In this document: positions 50,853 to 61,079 of the stretch, in pieces | Layout of the letters: the number at the start of each line of letters is the position of its first letter | Numbering within the stretch: position 1 is the stretch's first letter | Virus record (IMG/VR): IMGVR_UViG_3300010352_000625 | Coordinates: 64,001-128,000 of that record | Length of the DNA: 64,000 nt | DNA from: a virus | Lineage: Duplodnaviria; Caudoviricetes | Direction: 5' to 3' (one strand) | Notes under the pieces: model-generated | Told to the model about the DNA's origin: nothing | Database searches by the model: none | What the model saw: only the letters and a program-made list of their open reading frames with translations | Made by a program: the position numbers and the translations under genes

Positions 50853-51368
50853 TTATTTATCAACATACTGTAAATTAATACATATTTCTCTCAATGACAT
50901 ATTATTCTTCATATAATTTGTTAGATTTTCTATATCTTCATCTTCTAAATCATATTCATCTTTTAGTATATCATGATATTTCTTATCACCACTATCTATA
51001 TTCAATTTATACCAAGACATGTATTTAGGAAATCTAACTCCATTATCTGACATAAATTTAACATAAAAATAAATATATTCTTTTGGTTTAAGCCAATAAT
51101 TAGTAGTAACAAACATTTCAATATTCTTTCTTGTAAAATCATTATATACTAGATAATGATTTAAAGCCCAAGCTAAAAAATAATATTCATTTTCATCCAT
51201 ATCAGACAACAAATCATCTAAAGCTGTATTTGTGTCTGATACTCTATTATTTATTATATTATATATTTCTTTAATATAATAAAAAACCGTTGGCTTTTGC
51301 TTTTCTTCTTTTACTATTATATCTTCTGTTTTGTTTTTATTAGTAATAAAATTAAATAATTCACTCAT
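50853..51368 (-). CDS. Possible clamp loader small subunit (gp62-like)
   Basis: Size and pattern (F.YI..I, LN.YL.Y, Y.FY, Y..W.K) reminiscent of gp62 homologs. Confidence 0.45.
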   Translation of the reverse strand: MSELFNFITNKNKTEDIIVKEEKQKPTVFYYIKEIYNIINNRVSDTNTALDDLLSDMDENEYYFLAWALNHYLVYNDFTRKNIEMFVTTNYWLKPKEYIYFYVKFMSDNGVRFPKYMSWYKLNIDSGDKKYHDILKDEYDLEDEDIENLTNYMKNNMSLREICINLQYVDK

Positions 51369-51428
51369 TATTATCTATCTTTCTAATGCAACGTAGCAAT
51401 CTCGATTTTGTATATATATGCCATTTAA

Positions 51429-52937
51429 TCAATGAATATCCTCCACATTAATTCTTTTATAACTTATATTACTAATTATATCATCTTTATTTGGAATTGT
51501 CAACACCAATTCTATATCTTTATACAATACTTTTACTTTAAATATATCTTTTTTCTTTATTACATCACTAACTGTAAATTGATTTTTAAAATGATTATAC
51601 TTCTTTGCTATTTCACTTATGGTTTTCTTTTTATAATCAATATTTTGTTTTTTTAGTATTCCTAAAATATCTTTCATGTAATCAGTAAAATTTATAACAA
51701 ATTTATTAGTATCAGCATTTAAACAATCTCCAACATATGCAGTATAACCATCAGCATCAAATTCAGGAGTATAAATTTTATCAATATTTAATATATTAAT
51801 ATTATCATTTTTGTTAATTTTTTCGTTGATTTTATTAGTTTTTATATCTTTTTTATTCTCTTTTATTTCATTAGTATTTTTATTGTCATATATTTGACTA
51901 ATCATTTGATTAACTAAATGTATATCAATTTCACTAGGTTCTTTTTGATTAATATAATTATATAGAGATTCATACACAGCACCGTCTGGTATTGTATTAT
52001 TTTTATTTACCTCTGTTTTATTACTGATTAATTGAAATATATTAGTGGTCTCTTTAGCTATATAATTTAAACTGGCCTGTAAATTAAAATCTAATTCATT
52101 ATCAAGAGACACTTCTTTAGAGGGTTGATTATCTTCTTCATTATTTTCTGAATATTCATCTATAATATTATCAGTATTATTATATTCATCATCTTCATTT
52201 ATTATAGCTATATTATATTCATTTTTAAGCAATAATCTTCTAAATTCACCAAAATCATTCAAATTTATATTATTATCAGGTATAATTTCATCTATCTTAC
52301 TATTTTTAACCATTTGCACTTTATCAATATTTTGTACCCAAAGTCCTGATACAATAACAGCCAAATGTATCTTAATGACTTTAGCATCATAATCAAAAAT
52401 TTCATTCATAGTGTTAATTATATTTAATGCTGTATTTATATTTTGAACCTGTTTTTTATTATCAGATATTATTATTGGTTCAATTATAGCAACCATTCCA
52501 TTTTTAAACTGCATTTCTTCTTCTTCATAATTTATAATATGATTAAATATAGGTGCTGGTGTTACACAAAAATCATCTATACCATCATAAATTAACAATA
52601 ACATTTGATTTATAAATAATGATATTGCAATATGTAATTGATTATGAAAATTAAAGTCTGATAGTATTATTAATATAACAGACATTACTTCATCTATAAT
52701 TTTTTGCATATCTTCTCTATTTTTTATTTTATTATTTTTATGTAATATTGAAATATATCTAGTAATAACAGCTGACATATACAATCTAAGATAATATAGA
52801 TTTAAATAATATGAATTATTAGCCATATTAGTTAATACAAGTTTATCTATTTTTTCATTTATTTTATGACAAACATCGATATCTATTAAATAAGATTCTG
52901 ATTCAGAAAAATTAAATTTACTCAAAAGATATTCCAC
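51429..52937 (-). CDS. Hypothetical protein
   Basis: 502-aa ORF in operon. Confidence 0.7.
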   Translation of the reverse strand: MEYLLSKFNFSESESYLIDIDVCHKINEKIDKLVLTNMANNSYYLNLYYLRLYMSAVITRYISILHKNNKIKNREDMQKIIDEVMSVILIILSDFNFHNQLHIAISLFINQMLLLIYDGIDDFCVTPAPIFNHIINYEEEEMQFKNGMVAIIEPIIISDNKKQVQNINTALNIINTMNEIFDYDAKVIKIHLAVIVSGLWVQNIDKVQMVKNSKIDEIIPDNNINLNDFGEFRRLLLKNEYNIAIINEDDEYNNTDNIIDEYSENNEEDNQPSKEVSLDNELDFNLQASLNYIAKETTNIFQLISNKTEVNKNNTIPDGAVYESLYNYINQKEPSEIDIHLVNQMISQIYDNKNTNEIKENKKDIKTNKINEKINKNDNINILNIDKIYTPEFDADGYTAYVGDCLNADTNKFVINFTDYMKDILGILKKQNIDYKKKTISEIAKKYNHFKNQFTVSDVIKKKDIFKVKVLYKDIELVLTIPNKDDIISNISYKRINVEDIH

Positions 52938-52952
52938 CTTAATATTTAAATT

Positions 52953-54260
52953 TTAATATACATCAACTATCATAAAACTATCATAAAATATATTCTCATC
53001 CTCAATAACTACAGAACCTATGCTGTTTTTCCCATCCCCCATATGTCCCCCGCCATCAAAAATATTCTTAGCTATATCAAATGCGTTTGTGCCATTAATA
53101 GTTAATTTTCTCAGCATCTTGTTATAGCAGGCGTAATTTCTATTATTGTCAATTATATCATCAATAGTTTTAACTCCTGAATTAACCCAATCTGTAGCTT
53201 TGTAATACCAAGGACTTACATTAGTGGAACTAATTTTTGTTAATTTATTATAAGATGTGTTGTATTTCCATATAATACTTCTACCACTATCAAAAGGTGA
53301 ATCAATAATAAGAAGTTTATATATGTTTTTACTTTCGTCTTTTTTAAATATAATTTTCATTTCCATACATGGTATTACTGGTTCCATATAATTAATTAAT
53401 AATTTTTCAGATTCTTCATTGTAAAGTTCGACAATTTTATTAATTACAGTATTTTGTGCTAATACGTTCATTAGTATCAGTACACTTTTTGCATTTACAT
53501 TTTTAATATTACTGATATCTCTATATATATCATTAATAGTATCTACAACATCTTCAAATGTTAATCCACAAGGTTGTAGTTTCAAATTATAAGCTGACAA
53601 TAAGTTACTTGACACACAATTGTTCTGATACTCAATTAATCCAGTTCTTATAGCTTTCATAAATCTAGCTATACTACTACAATATTTAGATATTTTTTTA
53701 TCGTATATATCCAGTTCTGTTGCTGATTCTGTGTTGAGAAATTTATCCAAATCTAGTTTAGCATTATCAACTATATCACCATAATTACCTAAAGCCAACA
53801 CTAAATTTAAATCATCTATATATGAAATATCTTTAATATTTTTATGATTAATAATATTCATTAAAGCGTGTTGTATAATAAGTCCACTACATAAACCATC
53901 TATATCAGCATGCATATATACATCTATATATTTAAATTTATATGCTAGTTCAGCTAATACACTATAAATAACTTCATACTTTTCAATCATTAAATATGTA
54001 TTACTTTTGTAAATTTTATTAAATTTAGTCTCCATTAGATGATGGTCGACTATTACTACATTATCGTCTTCATTAATGTCAAAATTTTGGTCCACTATTA
54101 TATTTAAATGTGAACTATCGAAATTCACAGGTCTAATAAAGGTACCAAAAGAATATTTAATTTCAATATCATTCTTGTCAAATATTTCAGTATCTTCTGT
54201 TTCGATATAGTTTATAGCTATAGTTTTATCTTCACCAGTTCCAAAAAATTCTAATTCCAT
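52953..54260 (-). CDS. DHH/DHHA1 phosphoesterase, circularly permuted
   Basis: IIVD, IVDHH, HADIDG, GD and GGGH motifs are all present, in non-canonical order. Confidence 0.8.
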   Translation of the reverse strand: MELEFFGTGEDKTIAINYIETEDTEIFDKNDIEIKYSFGTFIRPVNFDSSHLNIIVDQNFDINEDDNVVIVDHHLMETKFNKIYKSNTYLMIEKYEVIYSVLAELAYKFKYIDVYMHADIDGLCSGLIIQHALMNIINHKNIKDISYIDDLNLVLALGNYGDIVDNAKLDLDKFLNTESATELDIYDKKISKYCSSIARFMKAIRTGLIEYQNNCVSSNLLSAYNLKLQPCGLTFEDVVDTINDIYRDISNIKNVNAKSVLILMNVLAQNTVINKIVELYNEESEKLLINYMEPVIPCMEMKIIFKKDESKNIYKLLIIDSPFDSGRSIIWKYNTSYNKLTKISSTNVSPWYYKATDWVNSGVKTIDDIIDNNRNYACYNKMLRKLTINGTNAFDIAKNIFDGGGHMGDGKNSIGSVVIEDENIFYDSFMIVDVY

Positions 54261-54703
54261 ATTTTCAAATCCTTTATAATATTATACATTCTTCTATTCA
54301 AGTAATAATCAGCTTTATTAATATTAATATATTTAAATGAATTCATTTCAGGTTTATTAATTCCATTCAATTGAAAGAAACTTGTACACTTCATATTTTT
54401 AATGTTTATCGCTTCATCAGCTTCAACTTGATATTCAAATACTACTAAATATTTGTTATAAGTTGGTAAATATAGCTGATTAGTTAAAAAGACTAATTTA
54501 CTCTCCTGTAGTACTATAGAAGTTTCTTCTTTCATCTCTCTGACAGCAGTAGTACTATAATTTTCTCCTTCTTCATTTACCCCTTTAGGTATGCTCCACA
54601 AATATCGACCGCCATTTCTAGCACCAGTTACTCTACCAACTAAAAATTCATTAGTATTTTTAATACGATATATCACACCACAACTATAAAGACTATCGCT
54701 CAT
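54251..54703 (-). CDS. Nudix hydrolase
   Basis: PKGVNEEGENYSTTAVREMKEETS Nudix box. Confidence 0.93.
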   Translation of the reverse strand: MSDSLYSCGVIYRIKNTNEFLVGRVTGARNGGRYLWSIPKGVNEEGENYSTTAVREMKEETSIVLQESKLVFLTNQLYLPTYNKYLVVFEYQVEADEAINIKNMKCTSFFQLNGINKPEMNSFKYININKADYYLNRRMYNIIKDLKIWN

Positions 54704-54735
54704 TTGAAAACTCCTTTACACTCATTATAATATAT

Positions 54736-54764
54736 ATTATAACATATTTATCTATTTATGTCAA
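54736..54764 (-). promoter_or_regulatory. Consensus SigA promoter (Nudix-DHH operon)
   Basis: TTGACA-17 nt-TATAAT with TG. Confidence 0.85.
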
Positions 54765-54810
54765 GTTAATTATTAATATTAATTTTATAATCAAAAGGGT
54801 TTGATTTTTA

Positions 54811-55404
54811 ATGTATTATATCGGTATTGACGTTGGATTAAACGGCTCTATATGTATCTTAAATAATCAAGGTAAATTAGAAAAATCACTTAAAATGCCC
54901 GTAGTAAAGATAGAAGAAGGTGCTTATAAACACTGGTACAATGTTAATGAGATTATCGATATATTTAATAATTATAAAGACAGTAAAATTATTTTAGAAT
55001 ATCAAAGACCTATGCCAGGACAAGGTTCAGCGTCTATGTTTCGTTTAGGTAGAGGATTTGGATTGTTAGAAGGTATTACTACCACTATATATAAAGATAA
55101 CGTTACAATTACTGATCCTAAGATTTGGCAAAATTATCTAAGTAATAAATATTTAACTAAAGATATATCAAATGCTTTTAAGAAAAAAACTTTAAATTAT
55201 AATATTGTTATAGACACAATAGCTGATGATACTTATAAAACATGGTTTTTAAAGTATATCACCATGAAATCTATATCACCAGCTAAGATTAAAAGTTCTT
55301 ATTTATATTATATTATTACCAATACAGATAAAGATATATTAGATTTTAAAGATAATAATATTGTTGATGCTTATTTAATATCTAAATATTGTTATCTTAC
55401 CTAG
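54811..55404 (+). CDS. RuvC-like Holliday junction resolvase
   Basis: IGIDVGLNG, ILE, SMF.LG.GFG, P..W and DAYLI motifs. Confidence 0.88.
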   Translation: MYYIGIDVGLNGSICILNNQGKLEKSLKMPVVKIEEGAYKHWYNVNEIIDIFNNYKDSKIILEYQRPMPGQGSASMFRLGRGFGLLEGITTTIYKDNVTITDPKIWQNYLSNKYLTKDISNAFKKKTLNYNIVIDTIADDTYKTWFLKYITMKSISPAKIKSSYLYYIITNTDKDILDFKDNNIVDAYLISKYCYLT

Positions 55405-56146
55405 CTTTTTTCTTTTTAACATTAGGAAATTCAACGGACATAATTATATCGATAGCTGTATACACACTATCAAGAGTATCTTCATTTTTAATTACATAAT
55501 CAAATTTAAAATTATCTAACCCTGTTTCAGATATATCATTTTTGGTGTCTGAATCCATTTCTCTATGAGCATAATTAGGGCCCTTTATGCATATATTTAG
55601 TTGCTTATTTAGATTAAAATCTGGATAGAACATATGCAATTTTTCAGCAAATTTTGTTATTTCATTTTCATGTCTGCAATCAACCAAGCATATATTTTTA
55701 TACATTCTGCCTTGAATTATAGAAGAACTAAATTCACGATTATAATTAATAAGTCTATCTATCCAAAAATCTGGGGCAAAAGTTCTAAATGCTAATCCTA
55801 CTTGTTGTAGTAATTTTCTCCCTTTTAAATCTTTATTGCCATCCCAACCATATTCTAATAATAAATATTTTAGTTCAGTAGCAAAACTAAAATTAGGAAA
55901 ATCATAATTTTCAAAAAGATACTTAGCAACCGTGTCTTTACCAGAACCTACTTTACCAGATAAACATATCAAATTATAATTAGTATTACCAGTACCGATG
56001 TAATTATTTTTTAATTCTAAATTATCTATATGATGTACACATTTTTCACATCGATAAAATTCATCAGTGTCGTGATAATATAAACAATCATTAAATGTAC
56101 AATAGGGAATTTTATTAGGCATATATTTTATTCTTCCATTTCTCAT
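55397..56146 (-). CDS. Deoxynucleoside monophosphate kinase
   Basis: GKVGSGKDT, FA..LK, R.LLQ.VG, DCRHENE and SE motifs. Confidence 0.9.
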   Translation of the reverse strand: MRNGRIKYMPNKIPYCTFNDCLYYHDTDEFYRCEKCVHHIDNLELKNNYIGTGNTNYNLICLSGKVGSGKDTVAKYLFENYDFPNFSFATELKYLLLEYGWDGNKDLKGRKLLQQVGLAFRTFAPDFWIDRLINYNREFSSSIIQGRMYKNICLVDCRHENEITKFAEKLHMFYPDFNLNKQLNICIKGPNYAHREMDSDTKNDISETGLDNFKFDYVIKNEDTLDSVYTAIDIIMSVEFPNVKKKKAR

Positions 56147-56696
56147 AAAAATTTGGGTCTTTTAATTTTTCTTTAACATCATCTAATTCATAATACATTG
56201 TCACTTCAATTGGATATCCCATTTGTTTTTGATGTAATGCATAAGCTACAATCCACCAGTGTCTCGCATTAATTGATAAATTTCCTAAATTACCGTGATA
56301 TTGATAAAAAATATGACACTGTTTACATGAATTAATGGCGTGCATTATTTCACCACAAGAACCTGTTGAAGGTTTATTGGATAATACGCATACAACAACA
56401 TCTGAACTATCAATTTCATCAATCTCACTTTTCATCATGCCCATACAATCAGTTGTAGTATGATTACCAAAACTATCATGTTCACACCAAAATGGTCCTG
56501 TATATATAATATCTAGACCATGATTAACAATTACTTCTTCTTGTCTTTTAAATAATTTATTAACATCTTCTAATATTGATATTCTATAATCTTTTTTAAG
56601 TGCTTCAATTACATCATCGTCATTATCCCAATTAAAACCAAACGTGTCTTCACCAAATGTACCACTAAAAAATACTTTCAATCTGTTGTCATTCAT
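56115..56696 (-). CDS. Nucleoside 2-deoxyribosyltransferase-like protein
   Basis: VFFSG, EIDSSDVVV and STGSCGEIMHA motifs. Confidence 0.65.
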   Translation of the reverse strand: MNDNRLKVFFSGTFGEDTFGFNWDNDDDVIEALKKDYRISILEDVNKLFKRQEEVIVNHGLDIIYTGPFWCEHDSFGNHTTTDCMGMMKSEIDEIDSSDVVVCVLSNKPSTGSCGEIMHAINSCKQCHIFYQYHGNLGNLSINARHWWIVAYALHQKQMGYPIEVTMYYELDDVKEKLKDPNFYEKWKNKIYA

Positions 56697-56710
56697 AACA
56701 TCAACTCTCT

Positions 56711-57769
56711 TTACTTCTTTTTTATTTTAGAATTTAATATTGCGTATTTAAGATAAGGTGTTACTTTTCTTGTTAATTCTTCTTTTAATTTAAATACTCC
56801 ATATTTATCCAATATATCAGATGGATCTTCATTAGATAATTCAATTATATTAACAGATGGAAAATATTTAATAAGATGTTCCGCTAACATTCGGTTAGAA
56901 ATATAAATATCATTATCTTTCTTTTTACTGTCTAACGTTATATATATTTTAGTGTTAGTTGGAAATTTATCTGATATAAAATTAACTACTGACTTACCTT
57001 TATTCTTACCGAACATACACATAGAAACATAGTTGCCCATTGCATAATTGATAGCATAACTATCAAAATAACCTTCAGTAAGATATATACTGTTTGTTGA
57101 CATATTATTAATAACTTCATCATAAAAACCAATCAAACAAGGTGATTTTCGAACAACTTTCATATTATATCGTGCATAATTATCATTCTTATTATATAGT
57201 CTTCCCATATAAGCTACGATAAGATCATTCATAATTATAGGAATATATATATAATGTTCATCTGTCATGTAATTTTCTATTTCATTTGCATTGTTATACA
57301 CTCTTTTAAGAGCATATTTTTTAGCTTCTGTGATATTATGAATACTAACCATATTATTCTGAGTAATGAAATTTTTAACTATATTATCATTACTAATTTC
57401 ATCAACTTTTACTTCTAAAGTTTCCTGTTCAGCATTATTGTTTCTTAATATAGTTTTAATATTATAAATTGATATATCATTTAACGATGCTAATAAATCC
57501 AAAAATTTATCATATAGATTAAATATTTTCATCAACTTAGATATTGAACCTTGTTCTTCGCACTTATAACAACGATAATTACCCCAATCTAAATTAATAA
57601 TCATCTTATGTTTATGTTTGTCTTTATCACAATATGGACAATTAATTAATATTTTATATGGATTTTTATCAACTTTACAATTTGATATATTACTAGTAAT
57701 AAATTGTTTAATATCATTAATATTATTAAGTATAATTTTATTAAACTTTTTTTTATTAGCTACCATCAT
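56711..57769 (-). CDS. DNA primase (gp61 / DnaG-like)
   Basis: CPYC...CYKC zinc finger; TOPRIM EGYFD, LD.D and DP motifs. Confidence 0.9.
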   Translation of the reverse strand: MMVANKKKFNKIILNNINDIKQFITSNISNCKVDKNPYKILINCPYCDKDKHKHKMIINLDWGNYRCYKCEEQGSISKLMKIFNLYDKFLDLLASLNDISIYNIKTILRNNNAEQETLEVKVDEISNDNIVKNFITQNNMVSIHNITEAKKYALKRVYNNANEIENYMTDEHYIYIPIIMNDLIVAYMGRLYNKNDNYARYNMKVVRKSPCLIGFYDEVINNMSTNSIYLTEGYFDSYAINYAMGNYVSMCMFGKNKGKSVVNFISDKFPTNTKIYITLDSKKKDNDIYISNRMLAEHLIKYFPSVNIIELSNEDPSDILDKYGVFKLKEELTRKVTPYLKYAILNSKIKKK

Positions 57770-57802
57770 CTTATATCATTCCTTAGTTGTTTGTTATTAT
57801 AT

Positions 57803-57831
57803 ATTATAACACATATACTATCGGTTGTCAA
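57803..57831 (-). promoter_or_regulatory. Consensus SigA promoter (primase operon)
   Basis: TTGACA-17 nt-TATAAT with TG. Confidence 0.85.
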
Positions 57832-57863
57832 TGTTAATCTAACAATTTATTTTTTGTTCTTTC

Positions 57864-58415
57864 TTATATTCTTCTCAACATTTCTTTTTTTAGCTGTCTT
57901 TTCTTTGCTCTACTTAATGGATTAACATTTTTAGTGTGCTTATCGGCTATACAACTTGCTGTATATGCTTCTGGTTTAATTTTAACATTATAACCTGAAC
58001 CTCTAATCATACCAACTGCACCTTGAATAACAGCACGACTTTCACCATCTACGCCAACATCTACGTGAATTTCTAGACTTTTTAAATTAATAAAAGTATT
58101 CAGATGTTCTCCATGATTAGTTATTTCTGTCATAAATTTACTTGCAAATTCAAGACTTAATGAAGCTTCAGTATATAATCTTTCTTGTAATGATACTTTA
58201 CTAGCTATCTTAGATTTATCATAGAAATAGATTCCTCCATGACCAACACAACAACAAGCTACAACTGTAACATACACAATATTATTACCATATACTTGTG
58301 AATCAGTACCTATAATAAATTTATACTTAACATTATTACCGTTCTTATTTATATAATCAGCTATTTTATTAACTACTTCTTTTAATTCTAATTGTCCATA
58401 CGTAGGACTTATCAT
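57864..58415 (-). CDS. RNase H-like YkuK (DUF458) family protein
   Basis: IGTDSQ, G.GGIYF, EIHVDVG..G.S and IKP.AY.AS.IAD motifs. Confidence 0.9.
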   Translation of the reverse strand: MISPTYGQLELKEVVNKIADYINKNGNNVKYKFIIGTDSQVYGNNIVYVTVVACCCVGHGGIYFYDKSKIASKVSLQERLYTEASLSLEFASKFMTEITNHGEHLNTFINLKSLEIHVDVGVDGESRAVIQGAVGMIRGSGYNVKIKPEAYTASCIADKHTKNVNPLSRAKKRQLKKEMLRRI

Positions 58416-58434
58416 ACTTACACCAACTTTTTAT

Positions 58435-58764
58435 TTAATTTATTCTAGTGTATAATGTATCAAATTGTAAAGGTGAATATACATTTATAGTATTATCACG
58501 ATTAATAACTATATAATCATTTTCATTAATATTAATAGTATCTCCAGTGGATGTTATATATTCACCTGCTATAACTTCACCACCGTATTGGCTCCACAAA
58601 GTTACAGTATTTTCCTTAATTTCAATTGAATTATTAATTATTTTACGTATAAAACTTGGTACACCATAATTATAATTTATTCTTGTGAATTGCCAATATT
58701 CAACAACACTATCATTTTTATAGCATTTCATGTTTATATCAACCTTTTTATTTAATTTTATCAA
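58435..58764 (-). CDS. Hypothetical protein (paralog of the next gene)
   Basis: MKCYK...WQFTR...INENDYIV.NR. Confidence 0.75.
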   Translation of the reverse strand: MIKLNKKVDINMKCYKNDSVVEYWQFTRINYNYGVPSFIRKIINNSIEIKENTVTLWSQYGGEVIAGEYITSTGDTININENDYIVINRDNTINVYSPLQFDTLYTRIN

Positions 58765-59041
58765 ACATACTGTTAAATAGATTTGGTTTTAATACATCTA
58801 CATTTCCTTTTCTATTCACAACAATATAATCATTTTCATTTATTGCAACTTCTCTACCATCTATTCTTTTGAGAACACCATAAAATTCTTTATTATAAGA
58901 AGTCATAAAGATAGATATACCTGTATACTTGTTATTATAATACCCTATGCTTTTAATAAAATTAGGTATATCATGTTTCATATAATTCTCTCTAGTAAAC
59001 TGCCATATATTATATCCGTCAGATTTTTTATAACATTTCAT
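58748..59041 (-). CDS. Hypothetical protein (paralog of the previous gene)
   Basis: Same motifs as 58435-58764. Confidence 0.75.
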   Translation of the reverse strand: MKCYKKSDGYNIWQFTRENYMKHDIPNFIKSIGYYNNKYTGISIFMTSYNKEFYGVLKRIDGREVAINENDYIVVNRKGNVDVLKPNLFNSMFDKIK

Positions 59042-59191
59042 TTTATTTTTTACTCCATACCCATATAGGTTCTACAAATACTCAATAATTTATTAACATC
59101 TTTAGTGATTAATATTTTATACCCTATATATTTCATCCACGACAAATCAAATACAGGGTCACCACGTTCTGTTATTCCAATATTCATTCTA

Positions 59192-59740
59192 TTATCCTCT
59201 ATTACATATTTTTAAAATTTCTTTTACTACTTTATCATAATCTTCTTCTATACCTTTTATTTCTATATAAGGTATATTATTATCATTTAATATTTCTTGT
59301 TTAATTCTATCAGCAATTTGTTTACTTTCATCTTCACTATGTAGTCTACCATTAGGATTATACGGTTTTGCTCTGTTTATATATATATTTAAATTATATT
59401 CCTGTTTATGATATGCTAATACTAAATCATTAAAATGTTTAACGATATCTGGGTTTTTGTTTGAGTTATAAAATATAGACAACAACAAGGGCGAATCAGT
59501 AACTATGACATCAACTTTACCTTTAACTCTTGATTGTCTAAATAATTGTTTAGCAAAAATATACGGTTGACATTTAAATACTTCTGTAGATTCTTCCCAA
59601 ACCTTATCTTTTGCAAATTCGGTAACTAACTCACAGTCAACATTATTCATTTTTAATTTAGAAAATATATAAGCTGAACCCGTAGATTTACCACTACCTG
59701 GGGCTCCAAATAAATTAACAATTAATGTTTTTTTATCCAA
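59192..59740 (-). CDS. P-loop kinase/ATPase (AAA_28 / NadR-like)
   Basis: GAPGSGKST, ELVTEFAK, TDSP and GR motifs. Confidence 0.85.
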   Translation of the reverse strand: MDKKTLIVNLFGAPGSGKSTGSAYIFSKLKMNNVDCELVTEFAKDKVWEESTEVFKCQPYIFAKQLFRQSRVKGKVDVIVTDSPLLLSIFYNSNKNPDIVKHFNDLVLAYHKQEYNLNIYINRAKPYNPNGRLHSEDESKQIADRIKQEILNDNNIPYIEIKGIEEDYDKVVKEILKICNRG

Positions 59741-59792
59741 TATGATTAATCTCCTTTTTGTTCATTCATTTAACCACCTTATATACTATTAT

Positions 59793-60122
59793 TTATATGA
59801 TACTATATAATCTATCTATAACATCTTGTGCAGTATGACCGTCATATTCAAAAAAGGCTTTTGGATATTCAGGAATATTAAATAAATCCCAATCTTCTAT
59901 TTTATAATGATTTGAAATCTGCCCTGTAGGTAATAAAGCTACCACTATAAAATATTTACCATCAAAACATAATTCTCCATTATTATGTTTTTTAGATTTA
60001 TGAACATTATATTTATGATGTTTAGCCCATTCATTAAATAATAAAGCATTGTATAACTTTCTAAATTCATATAATTCATTAAATGTATGATAGCCATCTG
60101 AAATATTACCTGTATTATTCAA
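59793..60122 (-). CDS. Conserved phage hypothetical protein (SDGYHTF...DGHT family)
   Basis: ISDGYHTFNELY, GQISNHY and YDGHT motifs. Confidence 0.8.
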   Translation of the reverse strand: MNNTGNISDGYHTFNELYEFRKLYNALLFNEWAKHHKYNVHKSKKHNNGELCFDGKYFIVVALLPTGQISNHYKIEDWDLFNIPEYPKAFFEYDGHTAQDVIDRLYSII

Positions 60123-60233
60123 TTATTATCTACTCCATTACTATTCAATTATTTTTAATTCTTCATATTCTTCATCTGTTAAATCGATTTCACTTTTAAT
60201 TTTATAAATTAAATTATTTATCATTTAGATTTT

Positions 60234-61079
60234 TCACATTTCATGAAATTTTATATATAAACTATCATATACTATGTTATTTTTATTATTCTTCAATCTT
60301 CTAAAACTACTATTCCCACTTCTTATATATATGTGTTCATTATATAAATCTATTGGTATATCTAAATAAGTATTATTCATATTACCGCTTATACCATTAA
60401 ATGATAAAATATAATTACATTTAATTGTTTTTAACCAACTCCAAAATATATTATAATTTATTGTTCCAAAATACATACCTTTAGTATTATAATACGGAGG
60501 GTCTAAATACAAAAAATCATCTTTATTAGTAGGATGAATGTTTATATAATCTATGCAGTCAAAATGAACATTATATTTTTTTAATATTTCACTCCAATTA
60601 AATACTATGTCATAAAATTTCTTAGGTGATATTCCAGGTCTAGTAAAATGACATGAAGCATTAAATTCACCTTTTTTGTTATATCTAGATATTCCGTTAA
60701 AGGCAGTTCTGGTAATAAATAAATAGTCTAAAGGATTATGCTCAATATTGTATCTATCACGTATTTCATTGAAAAATATTTTTCTATATTGTATATCTTT
60801 GCTATTAAATTCAGTATATAAATTACTATAATGCTGATATACCGTTTCCGGATTATTTTTAATAATGTTAAACAACTGAATTAAATCATTGTTAATATCA
60901 CTACAATAATAATTATTGACGTTGATATTAATATTATTATCTAATAATCCTTTTAACACACTAGCTCCACCGCAAAACGGTTCATAATAATTATTAATAT
61001 TTTTATTAAAATATTTTAGTATTTCGTTAGTTTGAGTTCGTTTACTGCCACTATATTTAATTATTGGTGAATTGAATAT
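60234..61079 (-). CDS. dam: DNA adenine methyltransferase (Dam / D12 class); extended to an ATA start at 61079
   Basis: The frame upstream of the track start encodes SPIIKYSGSK and YYEPFCGGASV. Also SDIN, RYNKKGEFN and DPPY. Confidence 0.9.
   Translation of the reverse strand: MFNSPIIKYSGSKRTQTNEILKYFNKNINNYYEPFCGGASVLKGLLDNNININVNNYYCSDINNDLIQLFNIIKNNPETVYQHYSNLYTEFNSKDIQYRKIFFNEIRDRYNIEHNPLDYLFITRTAFNGISRYNKKGEFNASCHFTRPGISPKKFYDIVFNWSEILKKYNVHFDCIDYINIHPTNKDDFLYLDPPYYNTKGMYFGTINYNIFWSWLKTIKCNYILSFNGISGNMNNTYLDIPIDLYNEHIYIRSGNSSFRRLKNNKNNIVYDSLYIKFHEM

Noticed and set aside
54811-55404. RuvC gene as the TnpB partner of the omegaRNA
   Set aside because: It is 197 aa with resolvase motifs and has no zinc finger or REC/wedge region of TnpB.
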